A stretch of 64,000 nucleotides of DNA from Leucoraja erinacea (lineage: Eukaryota). Both the position numbers and the translations under genes were made by a program. This document shows positions 61,272-64,000 of this stretch, piece by piece. The stretch's first letter is position 1. Every line of letters begins with the position of its first letter. The notes below the pieces were generated by a model. It made no database searches, was not told where the DNA came from, and saw nothing but the letters and a program-made list of their open reading frames with translations. Location: assembly GCF_028641065.1 (NCBI RefSeq), contig NC_073410.1:13578001-13642000 (forward strand), read 5' to 3'.

Positions 61272-61358
61272 GATCAATCCAAATTATTTGAGGATCTGTT
61301 TTCACCTTATAAGGAGCCCTTTGTTCCAGAGAAATGGCTATTCAAAGGTTCTTGCCAG
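61272..61358 (+). CDS. NCOA4: NCOA4 coding exon 9 (DQSKLFEDLFSPYKEPFVPEKWLFKGSCQ)
   Basis: Long polypyrimidine acceptor tttttttcttttccatgtag, donor CAG|gtcagt, 87 nt, phase 0/0; ends like human 'EKWLYRTPLQ'. Confidence 0.8.
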
Positions 61359-61845
61359 GTCAGTAGAGGAATGTGAATTGAACAATGATGAGAGAATTTT
61401 GTGGGATATAAACTACAGCATGAACTCTTCGAGTAGGTACCCATCATTACCAACGCAATATAGATTTCTACTGCATTATCTTGTGCGGGCACTGATACTG
61501 GTCGGCCCAGCGAGGCTAGTCAGCAAGTGAGCAGTGATTGCGGGCACATGCAGCTCACAGTAAAAGGCAGCTTGTGGCTCGATGGAGGCAGTGTTCCAAT
61601 GTTTAGCAAGGGAGCTGTGATTATGGAACCAGGGTGGTAAATGAAGAAAAGAACACTCAGTGATGTACTTAAATAAGAAGAAGGGCCTCGACCCGAAATG
61701 TTGCTTATTTCCTTCGCTCCATAGATGCAGCCTCACCCGCTGAGTTTCTCCAGCATTTTTGTCCACTTAAATAATGTGATAGCTTTGGGCTAACTGACTG
61801 CTTGTGTGAAACACTATTGACCATGAACTTTTTCAATCTTCTCAG

Positions 61846-61899
61846 GTTGCAGTATTAGTCAGAAAATCGGAGCACTGCTACAGTGTACTGTTTAACTAG
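61846..61899 (+). CDS. NCOA4: Possible NCOA4 terminal coding exon (VAVLVRKSEHCYSVLFN*)
   Basis: Acceptor tttttcaatcttctcag and in-frame TAG, but no recognisable homology; the true last exon may lie beyond the window. Confidence 0.25.
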   Translation, partial: VAVLVRKSEHCYSVLFN

Positions 61900-63127
61900 G
61901 AAAGATGGGATGAAGTAGTAAAACAGTGGTATCCAGTAGTATTTACTCACCCAGAACCTGTTTGTTAATGGCCAATTGAAGTTTTACTTGTCTCCATTCC
62001 CGATCACAGCCTTGGTCCAAACATGGACTGGAGAGCTGAATTCTGGATGAGAGTGACTGCCCTTGACATCAAGGCACCCTGGTAAAACTGGTCAGTGGAT
62101 ATCAAGGGGAAATCACTTGAATGGTTGGGGACATACCTACCAAAAGGCTGTGCTTGCTGGGGGTTCCTATTTCTTTTAATTGGAACCCAAGGGACATATT
62201 TAAGAGACATTTGGGCAGGTATGTGGTTAGGAAAGGTTTAGAGGGACAATGTTAGCAGGTGGGACTAGCATAATGGGATATCTTGGTTGGCATGGGCAAG
62301 TTGGGCCAAAGGGCGTATTTCTGTGCTGAATGACTCTATAAATATTCTAACTAGAGGTGTTTGTCAGAGCAGAATTGTAGGACCAGGCATCTGTTGCTGC
62401 TTCATTAATGACCTTCCTTGCACCAGAGGGTCTGAACTGGCGATATTTGCACATTTCCTTCACATTTTTTCAGCAAATGTTGGAGACCATAGAGGAACTC
62501 CTGGATAACATGCAGGCATGGATTAAAAAGTAGCAAATAAGTCCCCCCAAAAAAGCCACCAAAAGGACTGCAGTGATTCAAGGTGGCGGCTCTTCCCTTC
62601 CTTGTCATGGGCATCCAGGGGCATGCAATAAATGTCAGTTTTGTCCTAAGTTCACAGATCCTGAAAAATAAAGAAATTTTTTTTAAACAAAAACATGACG
62701 GGGCAGCAAATTATTGGACTCCGTTCTGATTGACAGTACAAGCCAGTTTGAAAAGGCATAAATCAAGGGAGCCCTGAATTTAAGGAAGGTTGGTGTAACT
62801 GATTAATTTGACTGAGGTTTTAGAGCAGATAACAAGGAGTTGTAGAGGGCAGCGTGATGCAGTCTGCCTGGATTGTGAGACATGGTGTCTGGGGAGAAGG
62901 CAGGACAATGGGGTTAGGAGGGGGATATAGATAAGTCATGATTGAATGGCAGAGTAGACTTGATGGGCCGAATGGCCTATCATTTATGACCTGATGACAG
63001 ACTGGTCAAAATGGTAAATCCATGGGAGGGTGGCAAATTAGATCTGAATTTGGAAGCCCTTAAGTTATTGGTTTTGGTAGTTTTTTTTTTCTTTGCAATG
63101 CATTTTGCACTCTCGTATGTGTATGTG

Positions 63128-63675
63128 CGTACAGTTTTGGTCTCCAAATCTGAGGAAGGACATTATTGCCATAGAGGGAGTGCAGAGAAGGTTCACCAGA
63201 CTGATTCCTGGGATGTCAGGACTGTCTTATGAAGAAAGACTGGATAGACTTGGTTTATACTCTCTAGAATTTAGGAGATTGAGAGGGGATCTTATAGAAA
63301 CTTACAAAATTCTTAAGGGGTTGGACAGGCTAGATGCAGGAAGATTGTTCCCGATGTTGGGGAAGTCCAGGACAAGGGGTCACAGCTTAAGGATAAGGGG
63401 GAAATCCTTTAAAACCGAGATGAGAAGAACTTTTTTCACACAGAGAGTGGTGAATCTCTGGAACTCTCTGCCACAGAGGGTAGTTGAGGCCAGTTCATTG
63501 GCTATATTTAAGAGGGAGTTAGATGTGGCCCTTGTGGCTAAGGGGATCAGGGGGTATGGAGAGAAGGCAGGTACGGGATACTGAGTTGGATGATCAGCCA
63601 TGATCATATTGAATGGCAGTGCAGGCTCGAAGGGCCGAATGGCCTACTCCTGCACCTAATTTCTATGTTTCTATA
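63128..63675 (+). mobile_element. Young CR1-type LINE 3' fragment
   Basis: Uninterrupted ORF 'VQFWSPNLRKDI.AIEGVQRRFTRLIPGM.GLSYEERLDRLGLYSLEFRRLRGDLIETYKI...' to 63584 plus a (ttctatgt)-like tail. Confidence 0.92.
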
Positions 63676-64000
63676 AAGTAGAGCAGAAGGTTTAAATTGA
63701 ACTTTTTGAGTTAATGGTATGATGGGAATCCAATGCACCAGTGTCTGTGGGTTTGAACCCGAATGGAGTCAATCTCAGCTGCCTGGAGTTAGTGAAACTA
63801 ATAAATATTCTGCCAAACATTTGAAAGAATTAATGCAGTGAGAGGAAGTGCATACCTAAACGCATCTAACCAATGTGTAAATCAAATCCCCGGTTTCTGG
63901 AGAGGCAAGAGACTGCAGATGCTGAAGTCTAGGGAGGCAAAGGAATGGTTCTTGGAGTTTCAGGTCAACTCCCAGCATCAGGGCAGTGAGTGTTGAGGGA

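Overview
Eukaryotic, repeat-rich vertebrate DNA. The repeat families (tRNA-derived HE1/V-SINE-like elements, CR1-type LINE 3' ends, Penelope-derived short elements) point to a cartilaginous fish, probably a skate or ray (inference). Three spliced protein-coding genes were reconstructed by hand from GT-AG boundaries with matching phases. (1) A minus-strand threonine-dehydratase-like (IlvA/TdcB family, PLP fold II) gene: six exons, ATG at 9773, running off the left edge, with degenerate active-site loops. (2) A complete 3-exon plus-strand PLAC9 ortholog (14506-23752, 87 aa, secreted). (3) Plus-strand NCOA4 with nine coding exons (47633-61358, 683 aa so far, stop exon uncertain) and two candidate promoters: a CpG island at about 32 kb and a TATA/CRE/HRE-like promoter at about 45.45 kb. 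The most unusual observations are: a remodelled NCOA4 (triplicated tryptophan motif, apparently duplicated C-terminal exon, no canonically spaced ferritin-binding motif); many short TSD-flanked elements carrying a minimal hammerhead-ribozyme-like core; a nest of four transposon types (Tx1/L1 LINE containing a CR1 piece and a foldback element that itself holds a Helitron); a young RNase H-bearing I-clade LINE; and a possible divergent spliced transcript from the CpG island. Family assignments rest on remembered sequences and motifs; no database search was run. There is an assembly gap at 1606-2053.
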